From the human T2T-CHM13v2.0 reference genome, Homo sapiens, in the NCBI RefSeq assembly GCF_009914755.1, contig NC_060931.1: a DNA stretch of 64,000 bases; one strand, written 5' to 3'. Shown piece by piece: positions 1 through 16,429 of this stretch (positions are counted from its first letter, which is position 1; each line of letters starts with the position of its first letter). The notes under the pieces are model-generated. The model was not told the origin of the DNA. It saw only the letters and a program-made list of their open reading frames with translations, and did no database searches. Made by a program: the position numbers and the translations under genes.

Positions 1-1638
1 AAATAATAAGTGAATGCTGAATGTCACCAAATAATTATTCTGCATGATTATAGTCAGGCTTAACTAAGCTATTGCTGTGTTACATATAAAGCCCAAATAC
101 CATCGTATTACCAGAATAAATAATTATATCTTATATTGCATCATAATTGGGAACGGGAGAAATGAAAAGTTCTAATAATTCTATTATCTATTAATGATAT
201 TTTTGTGTCTTAAATTTAAAACTTCCCCTCAAAGAATATGCCATGGCAAGGCAACTTTACTCATGATCTCCTACAAATTCCTGCCAGAAAAAAAGGAGAG
301 AGGGCCACACAAGATGGCAAAGTAGGCAGAGACAGGAAGTGCTGCTCCCACCAAGAAAGACCAAGTTATCAAGTAAAACAACGTAAATTAGGCATATCTT
401 TAGAGAGAAAACACCAAGTGAATGAAGAGGTGACACTGAGACTGAGAAGGGAGGAAGCTAGGAACCTTCATGGGATACCCAAATGCTAGGGCTAGTTCCT
501 GGACCTGAACAGTTCCTGGGGAAGTGGTGAGTGAGGGGACAGAGGAATAGCCCACTCTCAACATGGACCTCTAGATTCCCAGCTACAGGGCCCCCACACT
601 CCCTATTGACAGCTGAGCTGACGGGGCATCTGCCTGGGGAGTAGGCAGAGACAGGGCTTCAGCTAACATGGGGCACAGCAGCTTTTGTGTGCAGGGCAGC
701 TCTGGTGGAGCATGGTCACTGGTACCCATCCCACAGTGGTCCCCATCTCCCTCTGAGAGGCTCTACCCCTAGCTGATTACCAGGCCAGGAAAAAATGAGG
801 CCAACTTCCCTATGGGACAAAGATGCATCTGTTCTGCAGGGCTTCCTGCCAAACAGCTCCTCCCATGGCCCCTGCCGAGCTGCCCCATAGGAGTTCCTGC
901 ACAGTGCAGCATCTGATGCACAATGTAAGTGCTTTGCTTCATCCGAGTACTTTCCCAGCAACCTGGGAGCACTTCGGATATCCCAGAACAGCTGGAGCCC
1001 AACCCCAAGCTACAGGCCATCTCAGGGCCCCAGGGCTGCAGTGCACAGCTTGGGAGTGCTGAGCCAAGATTTGTGGCTTGCACTGAAGTGGGATAGGAGC
1101 CGCTACTCTCAGAGCACTTAGGGTAGCAAGAAGTGTGTGTTAAGTGGGTGAGCATAGGAGCAGAGTGTACCTCACTCCACAAGTCCAGTCCAGAAAGGAT
1201 GTAGCCTACCTCCCTGCCACAGCCTTTGCCTGAGGGAGACTTGCAGCCTGGAACGTCTCACGAAAGCAACAGGGATGTGATGCCCATGATTGGGGGATCC
1301 CCACATGGCCCAGGAGTCGGTCTGCTAAGAAGGTCCTCTTCCCCCACCCAGGCCATCCTCTGCAGAGCACGCCTGTGAATGTGAAATAATACAAGAGAGC
1401 TGTATAGCTTAGTAAGTGCCCATTTATCAGCCATTACTCTTACCCAACTACTGGATTGCAGTCCAAACTACAACACCAAAATTATTCAGCTAAGATGCAC
1501 AGCTGTGAAACCAAATGCAAGAATTCGCCCACGCATAAAGATACTATACAGAGCCTCTGAAAGCAGCAAGAAATGAAACCAAATGACTACACTCAACTTA
1601 CATCACAGTTAAAGAAAAACCAGCCCCCTCCCCCAACA

Positions 1639-2650
1639 ATGAGAAAAAATTCAGGGCAAGAACTCTGGCAGTTCAACAAGCCAGAGTATCCCCTAACTTC
1701 AAGATGAGCCTACTAAACCAACAGCAATGGTCATTAACCAGACTGGAATGTCTGAAATGACAGGCATAGAATGCAGAATCTGGATGGCAAGAGTGCTCAT
1801 TGAAATCTGGGAGAAAGGTGAAACACAATCCAAGGAATCCAGTTAAAAAGAATCCAAGAGCTGAAAGATGAAGTAGTAATTCTAAGAAAGAATAAAATTG
1901 AACTTCTGGAACTGAAAAATTCACTATAAGAATCTTATAGCACAATTGGAAGTATTAACAGCAGAATAGACCAAACTGAGGAAAGAATCTCAGAGGCCAA
2001 AGATCACTTCTTCAAATCAACTCAGACAAACAAAATTTTTTTAAAAAATTAATAATGACTAAAACTTCCAAGAAGTGTGAGAATAAGTATAGAGACCAAA
2101 CTTATGATTCATTTTCATTCCTGAGACAGGAGAATGAGTAAGGAAATTTGACAATATATTTGAGGATACAGTCCATGAAAAATTTTTCAAATCTTGCCAG
2201 AAAGGTTGAAATGCAAATTCAAGAAACACAGAGAATGCCAGCTAGATACTATATTAGATGACCATAACCAAGGCGTGTAGTAATCAGATTGATCAAGATC
2301 AATAAGAAAAAAAAATCTTAAAGGTGGCTAAGAGGAGGGTAAGATTACATACAAAGAGAAATGCCTCAGGCTAAAAGCCAACCTCTCAGCTAAACCTTTA
2401 CAAGCCAGAACAGATTGGAGGCCTATTCAGCATTGTTAAAGAAAATAAATTGTAACCAAGAATTTTGTATCCTTCCAAAACAAGCTTCATGAGTGAAAGA
2501 AATAAAAACTTTCTCAGACAAGCAAACACTGAGAGATTCATTAAAACCTGACCAGCCTTACAAGAGGTTCTTAAGGGAGTCTTAAACATGAAATCAAAAG
2601 AATGGGATCTGCTATCACAAAAACCTACTAAGCCACATAGCCCACAGACA
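1639..2650 (+). pseudogene. L1 ORF1 remnant (stops and frameshifts)
   Basis: ATGAGAAAAAATTCAGGGCAAGAACTCTGGC start, followed by coiled-coil and RRM-type L1 ORF1 sequence. No long ORF remains. Confidence 0.85.
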
Positions 2651-2701
2651 CTATAAAGCAACTGCATAATTAAGTATACATAACAACCAGCATACAACAC
2701 A

Positions 2702-5700
2702 ATGACAGGATCAAAATCTCACATATCTATACTAACCCTGAAATTAAGTGGACAAAATACCCCACTTAAAATATATAAAGTGGCAATCTAGATCAAAAGA
2801 TAAAAACCAACATCTACTGTCTTCAAGAGACCTATCTCACATGTAATAACACTCACAGGCTCAAAGTAAAAGGGTGGAAAAACATGAACCGTGAAAACAG
2901 ATACAAAAAAAAGAGGAGGAGTCACCATTCTCATATTAGATAAAACAGACCTTAAACCAAGAATTATTCAGAAGGACAAAGAAAGGCATTACATAATGAT
3001 AAAGGGTGTAATTCAGCAAGACTTAACTATCATAAATATATATGCATTCAACATTGGAGCACCTAGATTCATAAAGCAAGTTCTCCTTGACCCATGAAAA
3101 GATTTAGATAACCACACAATAATAGTAAAAGATTTCAACATCTCACTGACAACGTTAGGCAGATTATCAAGGCTGAAAACTAACAAAGAAATTCTGGACT
3201 TAACACTAGGGGGAAAAAAAGCTAGCAGAAGTAAAGAAATAACTAAAACTAGAGAAGAACTGAACAAAATTGAGGTGCAAAAATCCCCACAAAGAGTAAT
3301 GAAAGCTTTTTTCAAAAGAATCAACAAGACTGATACACTGCTAGCTAGATTGCCAAAGAAAAAAATAGAAGATCCAATTAAGTTCAATCTGAAATGGCAA
3401 AGGTGACATTACAAGCCATCCCACGGAAATAGAAAAGGTTTTCAGAAACAATTATGAACAAATGTATACACTCAAATTAGAAACTTAAATTGGAAAAGCT
3501 AAATGGATAAATTCCTGTAAACACACAACTTCCCAAGATTGAGCCAGGAAGAATATCAACCCCCTGAATAGACAAATAACAAGTTCCAAAACTGAATGAA
3601 TAATTTTAAAAAGCCACCAACTAAAAACAGCCCTGAACCAGATGGATTCACAACCAAATTCCATCAGATGTACGAAGAAGAACTCATACCAATCCTACTG
3701 AAACTATTCCAAAAATCAAGTTGAAGGGGTAATTTCCTAACTCATTCTGTGAATCCAGCATCAGCCTGACACCAAACTCTATCAGAGACATAATGAGAAA
3801 ATTAAACATCTGGCCAATATTCCTAATAAACCTAGACACAATAATCTTCAACAAACTGAATCCAGCAGCACATCAAAAAGGTAATACACCACAGTCAAGA
3901 AGGCTTTATTGCTAGAATGCAAAGTTGGTTCAACACACACTAATCAATATAGATGATTTAGCACATAAACAGATTTAAAAGCAAAAATCATATGATAATC
4001 TCAATAGACACAGAAAAAGCTTTCAGTAAAATCCAACATAGCATCATGTTAAAAACCCTCAACAGACAAGGTATCAAAGGAACATACCTCAAAATAATAA
4101 GAGTCATCTATGACAAACCCACAGCAATATCACAGTAAATGGGCAAAAGCTGGAACCATTTCCCCCTGAGAACTGAAACAAGACAAGAATGCCCTCTTTT
4201 ACCATTCTTATTCAATATAATACTGGAAGTTCTAGCCAGAGCAAGAGAATCAGACAAGAGAAAGGATTAAAAGCCATTCAAATAGAAAAAGAAGTCAAAC
4301 TATATCTCTTCATTAATGATATGATTCTATACCTGGAAAACCTTAAAGGCTCTGCCAAAAGATTCCAAGAACTGAAAAAGAATTTTATTACAGTTTCAGG
4401 ATACAAAATTAATGTACAAAATCAGTAGTATTTCTATACACCAATAATATACTGATAATGTTCAAGATGAGAGTCAAATCAAGAATGCAATCCCATTTGC
4501 AATAGCCATAAAATATTGAAATGCTTAAAAATAGTCAACCAAAGAAGTGAAATGTTTCACAGAGACTACAAAACACTGCTGAAAGAAATCAGATACAACA
4601 CCAATAAATGGAAAAACATTCCATGCTCATGGACTGGAAGAATTAGTATCATTAAAATGACCATACTGCTCAAAGCAATTTATAGATTCAGTGCTATTCC
4701 TATTGAACTACCAATGTCATATATCACATAATTAGAAAAAAAAACTATTATTAAATTCATATCGGACCAGAAATGAGCCTGAATAACCAAAACAATTCTA
4801 AGCAAAAATTGCAAGCTGAGGGCACCACACTACCCAAACTATACTAAAAGGCTACCATAGCCAAAACAGCGTAGTATCGGTACACAAATTGACACATAGA
4901 CCAATGTAACAGAATTGGAAACCCAGCAATAAAGCTGTACACCTACAACCATCTTATCTTTGATAAAGCCAATAAAAACAAGCAATAGGGAAAGACTCTC
5001 TGTTTAATAAATAATGCCAAAATAACTAGCTAGCCATATGCAGAAAAATGAAATTGGACCCCTACCTTTCACTATATACATAAACTAACTCAACATGCAT
5101 TAAAGATTTAAATATAACACCTCAAACTGTGAAAATCCTAGAAGAAAACCTAGGAAATACCTTTCTCAACATTATTCTTGAGGAAGAATGTTTGATTAAG
5201 TCCCCAAAAGCAATTTCAACAAAAACGAAATTTGAAAAGTAGGACCAAATTAAACTAAAGTGCTTGTGTACAACTAAAGAAACTATCAACACAGTAAACA
5301 GACAACCTACAGAATGGGAGAAAATATTTGCAAACTATGCATTTGACAAAGATTTAATATCCAGAACCTATGAGGAACATAATTCAACAAACAAAAAAGC
5401 AAGTAACCCCTTTAAAAAATGGTCAAAGGACATGAAAAGACATCCATCAAAAGAAGACATACAAGCAGCCAATAAACATATGAAAAAATGCTCATCATCA
5501 CTAATCATCAGAGAAATGCAAATCAAAATCACAATGAGATATCTCATGCCACTCAGAGTGACTATTTTTAAAAAATCAAATACTAACAGATGCTGGCAGA
5601 GAAAAAGGAATTCTTATACACTGTTCGTGGAAATGTAAATTAGTTCAGCCACTTTTGAAAACCGTTTGGAGATTTCCCAAAGAACTTAAAACAGAGGTGC

Positions 5701-5990
5701 CATTTGACCCAGTAATCCCATTACTGGGTTTATATCTAAAAGAAAATAAATATTAATAATTCTACCCAAAAGACACATGCACTTGTATGTTCATCACAGC
5801 TATTCATAATAGCAAAGACAAGGAATCAACCCAGGTGCCCATCAATGGTGGATTAAATAAAGACAATGTGGTACATATGCACTATAGAATACTACACAGA
5901 CATAAAAGGAACAAAATTATGTCCTTTGCAGCAACATGGATCCAGCTAGAGACCATAATCATAAGTAATTAACATAGGAACAGAAAACTG
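2702..5990 (+). pseudogene. L1 ORF2 (EN/RT) remnant
   Basis: Fragments GVTILILDKTDLK..HYIMIKG..NIYAFNIGAPRFIKQ (2891-3097), [12 protein letters not shown] (degenerate FADD, 4189-4428), KWKNIPCSWTGR (4516-4731), WEKIFANY (5264-5638). Confidence 0.9.
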
Positions 5991-6222
5991 AATACTGCAT
6001 GTTCCCAGAAGTGGGAGCTAAACATTGGGTATGCATGGACATAAAGATGAGAACAATAGACAATGTGGACTAACTGGGGAGTAAGGACTGAAAGACTATC
6101 TATTGGGTACTATGCTCACTACCTAAGTTATAGGATGCATGCTCCAAACCTCAGCTACACAATGCACCCATGTAACAAACCTGCATGTGTACTCCCTGTA
6201 TCTAAAATAAAAGTCAATATTT

Positions 6223-6561
6223 TTATTATTTTATTTTATTTTCATTTTTATTTATTTGTTTATTAATTTATTTATTTTGAGATAGAGTCTCACTCTGTCA
6301 CCCAGGCTAGAGTGCAGTGGCATGATCTTGGCTGCTTGCAAACTCTGCTTCCTGGGCTCAAGCGACTCTCCTGCCTCAACCTGCCCTGCAGCTGGGATTA
6401 CAGGCACAAGCCACCATGTCCAGCTAATTTTTTTGAATTTTTAGTAGAGATGGGGTTTCACCATGTTGGCCAGGCTGGTCTCAAACTCCTGACCTCAAGT
6501 GATACACCTGCCTCAGCCTTCCAAAGTGCTGGGATCACAGGCATGAGCCACCACACCTGGC
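6223..6561 (-). mobile_element. Alu (AluS/J-type) inserted at the L1 tail
   Basis: Reverse-complement dimeric Alu with (TTTA)n tail. AATATTTTT on both sides is a possible TSD. Confidence 0.95.
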
Positions 6562-6574
6562 TAATATTTTTAAA

Positions 6575-6990
6575 TTATAAAAATAATATGCTTAATTTAT
6601 AAAAAGAGTAAAAGCAGAGAAAACCGAATAGGCTTTATAATGTTAGTATAAATTGATATCAAATCTGGATAAGGAAATTATGAGAAAGATCAGAAAATAC
6701 CTCCCATTAATATAGATGTGAAATTAATAAATAAAATTTTAGCAAATTTAGTTTGGCAATATATACAACTATAAATACCTCATGACTAAGTGGTATTTAT
6801 TCCACAGTTGGTTTAATATTAGAAAGTCAATGTAGTTCATCACATTAAAAAGATAAAGACAAAATACCATTATACTCAGAGACACACAATAAAGCATTTG
6901 ATAAAATTAAGGAACTAGAAATGAAATTTAGAAAACTAGAAATAAATTGAAGCCTTCTTAATATGTTAGAAAATATTTATAAGAAATGAT
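6575..6990 (+). mobile_element. Ancient L1M(E) ORF2 fragment, probably continuing the fragment at ~200-295
   Basis: Highly diverged ORF2-like sequence (TTGATATCAAATCTGGATAAGG, AAAGCATTTGATAAAATT). Confidence 0.65.
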
Positions 6991-6999
6991 CTTAGCAAA

Positions 7000-10219
<3,220 letters not shown>

Positions 10220-10220
<1 letters not shown>

Positions 10221-10570
10221 CAAAAATAAAATGGAAAAACCAATTGTGTTATATTATTACAATAGACTACTATTGAGAATGAATGAGTTACAACTACAAC
10301 GACATGCTTATCTACAACAAATATGATAATGAGCAAGAGGAGCCAGACACAAAAGAATGAATTTTGTATGGTAAGTACAAAACAAGGGAAATTCATATGT
10401 GCCGTTAAAAGCTGGGCCAGTGTTTATTTTGTGGAGGGTCGTGGGACTGGGAGGCACATGATGTGTAGATTCTGATGATATTCTGGATTCTGATGATATT
10501 CTGACAGTTATTATAAATATGACTTTTCAGTTTGGAAACTGCTTATGATATACATGTACAATTAAACAAG
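10220..10570 (+). mobile_element. L1ME-type 3' end fragment
   Basis: GAGCAAGAGGAGCCAGACACAAAAGAATGAATTTTGTATG resembles old L1 3' UTR. Confidence 0.6.
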
Positions 10571-10639
10571 TTTCAGAAATTTTAATTAAAGTCAAAATAA
10601 TTAATTAATACTATCTATGCTGACAGCACTCTATCTCTA

Positions 10640-11345
10640 GAGCATATGTGATTTTTCCTGACCCCAGATTCACATATCTACCTAATTACTCAATACTTTC
10701 ATTTCCATTGGGTATCAAATAGACATATCAAAAATAGTATTTCTAAAAATTCTAAAGATTTAATGTAAAGATTAAATCCTGAAATTTAATCCTAAACATA
10801 CTTTACTTGTAGCCACTCCCATTTCAGCTGATGGCAACTTCATCCTTCCATTCATCATGGCAAAAATCGTGGAGTCATTATTGAGTCTTCTTTTTCTCAC
10901 TTGCACTTGACTCCATCTGCTCAGGAAATAGTGTTGGCTGTACTTTCAAAATATGTTTATATTTTCACCTCTTTCCTCCCCCAGTGTTTATAACCTGGTC
11001 CAAGTCACCACAATTCCTTGCCTAAATGACTATAATGGTTTGGTATCCCTGTTTTTACTCATGTTCCTTCTCATTTATTCTCAGCACCGTGGATATATGA
11101 TCGCACTAAAATATGAGTTGGAGTCAGTTAACACCTGGCATTGAATCTCCTTTTCACATCTTGCAGAGGTTTACAAAGATTGGCACAATCTCTTCCTTGC
11201 TAACTTTTTGTCATATCTCCTACTTCCCTCTACATTGTTTTACAGCCACATTAGCCCCTTTGCTTTTCCTTAAATATGCTAGACATAAGTGTCCAGCCCT
11301 TCATGAAACTGCTTCCCCAATCATTGATGTTGCTTCTTCTATCCA
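10640..11345 (+). mobile_element. LINE2 fragment
   Basis: CCCATTTCAGCTGATGGCAACTTCATCCTTCC...GGAGTCATTATTGAGTCTTC matches L2 consensus. Confidence 0.8.
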
Positions 11346-13039
11346 TTAAGTGTCAGTTAGATGGACTAGCCCATCTTCACACATGCTTCTTTAATGCTCA
11401 TTGACCTTATGTCCTAAAACTGTGAAACAGATCAATGTATTAAATTATTTTTAAAATGTCTGCACAAAGAGAACACTGATATTAAGGTAAAAAAGTAATC
11501 CCAATTGTATTTTCCATCATGAATTTGACTCAATTTACAAAATGAGATTGTATAATATGTACCAAATGACAGTGTTGTCCAAATAATAGGCTTTCAGAAT
11601 TATTATCATGAACTAATACCAAAACCAAATTCTTCCAACTTTCCATATGTAAGTCACTGTAAAAAGGTTTAAAATATAATTAGATAATAAATGGGATATA
11701 TTATCAATACATTCTCTGAAACATGGATAGATATTAAGCCAAAATCTCCAATATTTAATCCTATCCTACTTCTGCCCCTTTAAAATGGAAGGGAGAGGGA
11801 GATAAACACAAATATCATTATATCTAAGCTTTGGCCCCAAACCCAGGTTAAGAAGCATTGGTAATTTTCCTCTACAGTGAGAGACTCTAATTACATATAT
11901 TCTGTGTGTTAATCACAGTACTATGATTACTACCTCTAGAGGCTCAGATGAACCATGCAGAACAGAACCTGCAGAAATACTATTTGTCAAGGTTAAGTAG
12001 ATGTAAACTACCTGCCCCAGGATGGTTCCCCTTTTGTCTTTCTAAAGTCTAGAGAGAGCACATGTTGTGTGATGAAAGGGGGTCCAGATTTATTTTTACC
12101 CATCAGCTCAGAAACTGAAGAAATGGAAAGCACTAGAAGAAAGATAAAGGAACAATGAGCAACAGTGAGTATGTACATGTGACATGTTATCCTACTAGAC
12201 TAGCACCAAAGTAGGGTATTTGCAATCTATCTCTGAATCTAAATCACTGATAAGATATAACACTCTGATTATCTTTTGATTTAAAGGATATAATCCTTAA
12301 TTTAATATCTTTATGCAAGGAAGCATAAGATGAGGTCAGGGAGAATAAAGGAAAGTAAAGGCAGTGCACCAATAGCTTAACAAACACAATCATGGATTAA
12401 CCTTATTCTTTCTCTACACTGCCTAATCAGACCCAATGTTAGGGCTAGGTCTTCCTTGCTCCCTGGGTGAAATTTGGGTATGATTTTTCTGGTGACTCTC
12501 AGATAAGAATGCAGTGGCCCCTTCAATCAGCCTTTTGTCTGTGGATATTTTTCAGGCATAAGTCTGACACCTCTCTACTTTGTCCCCTGAAACATAGTAA
12601 ATATGTTTACTTTTCTTCAAACAGATTCCTTGGAATCCTTCTCAGAACTTTGAGGTGATAGAAACATGGGTCTCACAGCACACTGGCAAATTTTACCAAA
12701 GAAATCTCCCTTCTGATAACTTCAGTTTCAAGATTTTGATCCCTGCAGAGGGCATGAGATTATGGGTTGCAAAACTCTTTTTTGACCATTGTCTTTGCAC
12801 ATATTGCATCAGTCATATTTGGGGATGTGAGAGTACCTGCAGCTCTTCTTGCCTCGGGGGACTAAGCCAATCCTACATTCCATTTTAGCATCCTATTCGG
12901 AGACATAAGCAAATTCCACTAGTTGGGCTCATTATATGAGCCAGTAAGAATGACCTACAGGAACAGGGTTGGGATGGATGTTAACCTTCATACATATTCA
13001 CAATCTTGCCCAGCCTTGGCGGGGTGAGGGGGATGTGTT

Positions 13040-13160
13040 TCTTTTTAATGGGTGTGTAACCTTAAGTATATCTGGTACATCTCTGCACTTTAGTTTCTAT
13101 ATATATAAATCATGGCTTACAATATCTGTTTGTTACAATGTCTGTGAATTTAATGGAGCA
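13040..13160 (+). mobile_element. MIR fragment
   Basis: TGTGTAACCTTAAGT...CTCTGCACTTTAGTTTCTAT resembles the MIR core. Confidence 0.6.
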
Positions 13161-13335
13161 ACAAGCATTAACAATTTTCCTATACAGTAAGAGACTCTAA
13201 TTACATATATTCTATGTGTTAAACATGGTACTCTGAAGCATAAAGAATGAAAAATAAGTCCTAAATTCATATCATAATTAACCCAGCAGAAACTTTCATC
13301 TAATGCAATTATGTCGGGAAAAAAATCAAATGTGA

Positions 13336-13431
13336 ATATATGTGTGTGTATATATATAGATAGATAGATATGTATATATATATGTGTATGTATATGTGTA
13401 TATATGTGTATATACATATATACAATATATA
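13336..13431. repeat. Compound (TA)/(TG)/(GATA) microsatellite
   Basis: Directly visible. Confidence 0.9.
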
Positions 13432-15489
13432 TTCAGTTTCGAAATAAAGAATACTAGCATTTTATCCTTTCCTTTAAAAATGACAGCCTTGCAGAGCTGC
13501 CTGTTCCTACTCCAGCCTCTTCTAATACCCTTTTCCAAATTTCTTAAGAATAAAAGGAAGCACCCTATGTTTTAGGCCATGGTTCCTTTTTCAAGTTCCA
13601 TGCTTTCTGTTAGTGAACAGGAATTAGAGTGAAGTTCTGGAAAACTAGCAGATGGCAAAGCAAAGCAGTATTTCCAACTCCCAGCTCCAATCTCTCCCAA
13701 TTCTAAGATAATATTTTTTCTACATTTTTCTTAACCTCAATATCTTTGCTTAGGAATGTCAACAAAGTTTTCTCTCAAAATGTTCAGGCACTAGAAATGA
13801 AAACGTTCTTTTTAGCAAAATGACAATACATTGTCTAGATAAGCGGCTATAACTAAATATTAAAATGATAATATGACACACTCTTCTTTTATCATTGAGT
13901 CTTCAGTAAGTTGTTTCAAGGACATTTCCCTTGTTTTTCTGGAGAGCAGTATTTTTAAACTAGAAGCTATTATATTCACTTGTTAAATGTCAAACCATTA
14001 TAAAGCCTTTGAATATTTAAATATTCAACCAGAATCTGGTGCTATGTATGCCTCAAAATCAATGAAATGTTTAAAACTACCAAAAAAAGTATAATTTTTT
14101 TAACTAGAACTATGGTTAATGTTTTTGTTTTATATCTTTATTATTAGGATCTCAAGTTTAAAGGTTCTTAGATCCCTTTTGGGCTGGTAACAAGAACTGG
14201 GGAGATGGAAGGCCTGTCTCCTAAGCCTGATGTAAGAAAGTATGATTTTTAAAAAATAAGGAATTCTAACTGGAATATACGAAGTGTATGGCTGGGAAGA
14301 CACTACCCTCTGACATTAATCCTCAATACTTGTCAGGGCTTTATGATGTTTGAAAACGATGTCATTATTAAGCTTTGTATGTCTGTATACCAATGACAGA
14401 TTGTTCTATTTTTCTAATGGCTAGGAATAGAATTTAGATTTCTGGGGAAATATAGACAATATGAAAGAAAGAGTTGAAACTAGTCTTTTATTTTTCATGT
14501 TTTTCCTCCCCCAATCCAATTAATTTTCCTATTAACTGAAATGAGGTGCATCTTCCATTGTTCATTCACTAATTCTTTCATTTATCCACTACTTATTTCT
14601 TGAGTTCACTGTTTCATGTAGGGTTCTGGACACCTGAGATATTTCATGCTGTTTTCACATCCACTGATGCTTCTTTGTTGGTTTGTGGTAGATTCATGAC
14701 CTCATCTAAATGCTGTCACAATTTTTATCTTGTTTATCAAATTCAGGCAATTAGACTCTAGGCTTTCTACTCCTCTGTGCCACCTGCATCAGCTGTACTT
14801 ACTTAGTACCCACATAAAAGAAGTTTAATCTCTAGAGTATCATCAATTTCCAACCTTGATGGGCCATGCATGGTGACTCTGGAGCTTCTGTTCTGTCATC
14901 TGGCAGCTCCCTCTGCAAGAGAAGATGCAAGGGGAGCAAGAGGGGAAAGATGGAGTCAAGCTTTTACCCTCTCCACTTTTCTAATTGCTTACCTCAACAC
15001 TTTTAACAATCTTCCAAAGAGAGGAATAGAACTGTGTGCTACAATAGGAGGAAAGAAGAGAAAGAATGAGATAGAGAATATTCTCCATGTCTCTGTACCA
15101 ATTTTCAGTTCCCCCATACCAACAGCTCCAGTAAGCCCCAGGTGTTGAGCCCAGAAGTTCCATGTCATGAAGAGGGTGGAAATTCTGAAGCCTCTCTGCA
15201 CCTGTTGTCAGAGTGGTTTTGAAACTCACAGAAACCATAAGCGGCACCTTCTACACATGATAGGACTATTTGGATTATTTGAAAACAGGCAAGAATTTTG
15301 GAACTCAAGGGGAGAGGAGTCAAAAAAGAATTACTCGCCTTATGTTCGTCGTTTTTCTAATTTCTTATAATGAATACTTTAGTCATTCCTAATGATAGAC
15401 TGTACCTATTTCTTTTGGTAAACTAGGTTTCTCTGATAAATTGAGTTAGGAAATATTCTAATTGCCACTGGTTTTTCACAGTTTTCCTT

Positions 15490-16150
15490 TATATTCTCTC
15501 TCCCTGGAACTTCTCATCTATGCTCATGATTTTAACTACAACATTTACACAGCAGACTTATCAAGATATATTGCCAGGCTAGATGGCTCTTCATGATCTA
15601 GATTCATGATCAAACTTATGACCTTTTCCCTGAAAAGAAAAAAAAAAAACTTCCAATGTGTTCTATCTTGATTAATGTCACCACCATCCATCATTTTATG
15701 CAATTCAGAAAGCTAGAACTAGTTTTGACACCACTCTCTATCTCATCTTTCAATTATAATCTATCATTAGGTTCTGGTATATTATTTCTAACAAATCTCT
15801 TCCTTTTTTTCCATCCATCTATCAGTATCTTGGTCAAAGCTATTGTGATCTCTCTCCTCTCCTGGAACAATCTAAGAGCCTCCAAAAGTCTCATATATTA
15901 GCTTTATTCACCCTTAATTCCTTTCTCTACATACACTAAAGATGTCATCTCAGTCTCCAATGAGAAAGTTCAATGGTCTTAACTGCTTATTATGATAAAG
16001 ATAAAAAAAAATATCACCTATGATATCCCATGGGATCTGATGCTACAGCAATTATAGTCTGATCATATGTCATTCTCCTAACTCTCAAACTCTGCCAGTT
16101 TTCCTAGGGGCTCTCCTTTTCCAAAATCTTCAGACTTTCAAATCCTGTAA
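15490..16150 (+). mobile_element. LINE2 fragment
   Basis: CTCATCTATGCTCATGATTTTAACTAC and CACCACCATCCATC...AGAAAGCTAGAACTAG are L2-like. Confidence 0.7.
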
Positions 16151-16429
16151 TTATTTTGAGTCAATGCAATACATAATTTTTAAAGAAATACAATATTTGT
16201 AGCCTACTTGTGCATTTTCCCAATTTCATATAATTTTGTCATAAATTGGATATGGGTTAAAACTATTCCCAAAATTCTGAGTTTAAGAAACTTGCTGTTA
16301 GTATCTTTATATAACAACAACAACAACAACAAAAGGCACATGCCCTCAGAGCACTGGCTGTGTGCCAGTCGCTTTTTGTGTTTATTGCTAGGGGCAGTAG
16401 CAGTGTTGACATGAGCAGTAGTTGTAATA

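Larger units (their letters stand above)
296..6222 (+). mobile_element. Near full-length L1 (L1PA15-17-like), decayed, with an internal deletion in the ORF2 endonuclease region
   Basis: YY1-type CAAGATGGC at 310-318 and a GC-richer 5' UTR. ORF1 remnant from 1639, ORF2 start ATGACAGGATCA at 2702. ORF-track peptides match L1 EN/RT/C-terminus. The 3' UTR ending CCCATGTAACAAACCTGCATG...CTAAAATAAAAGT is typical of L1PA15-17. Confidence 0.93.

Noticed and set aside
6312-6602. Alu-derived ORFs (also 8186, 25717, 36237, 56937, 57108)
   Set aside because: Typical Alu translation artefacts.
14009-14028. Perfect 20-bp palindrome TTGAATATTTAAATATTCAA
   Set aside because: AT-rich and plausible by chance in 64 kb. 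No supporting context.
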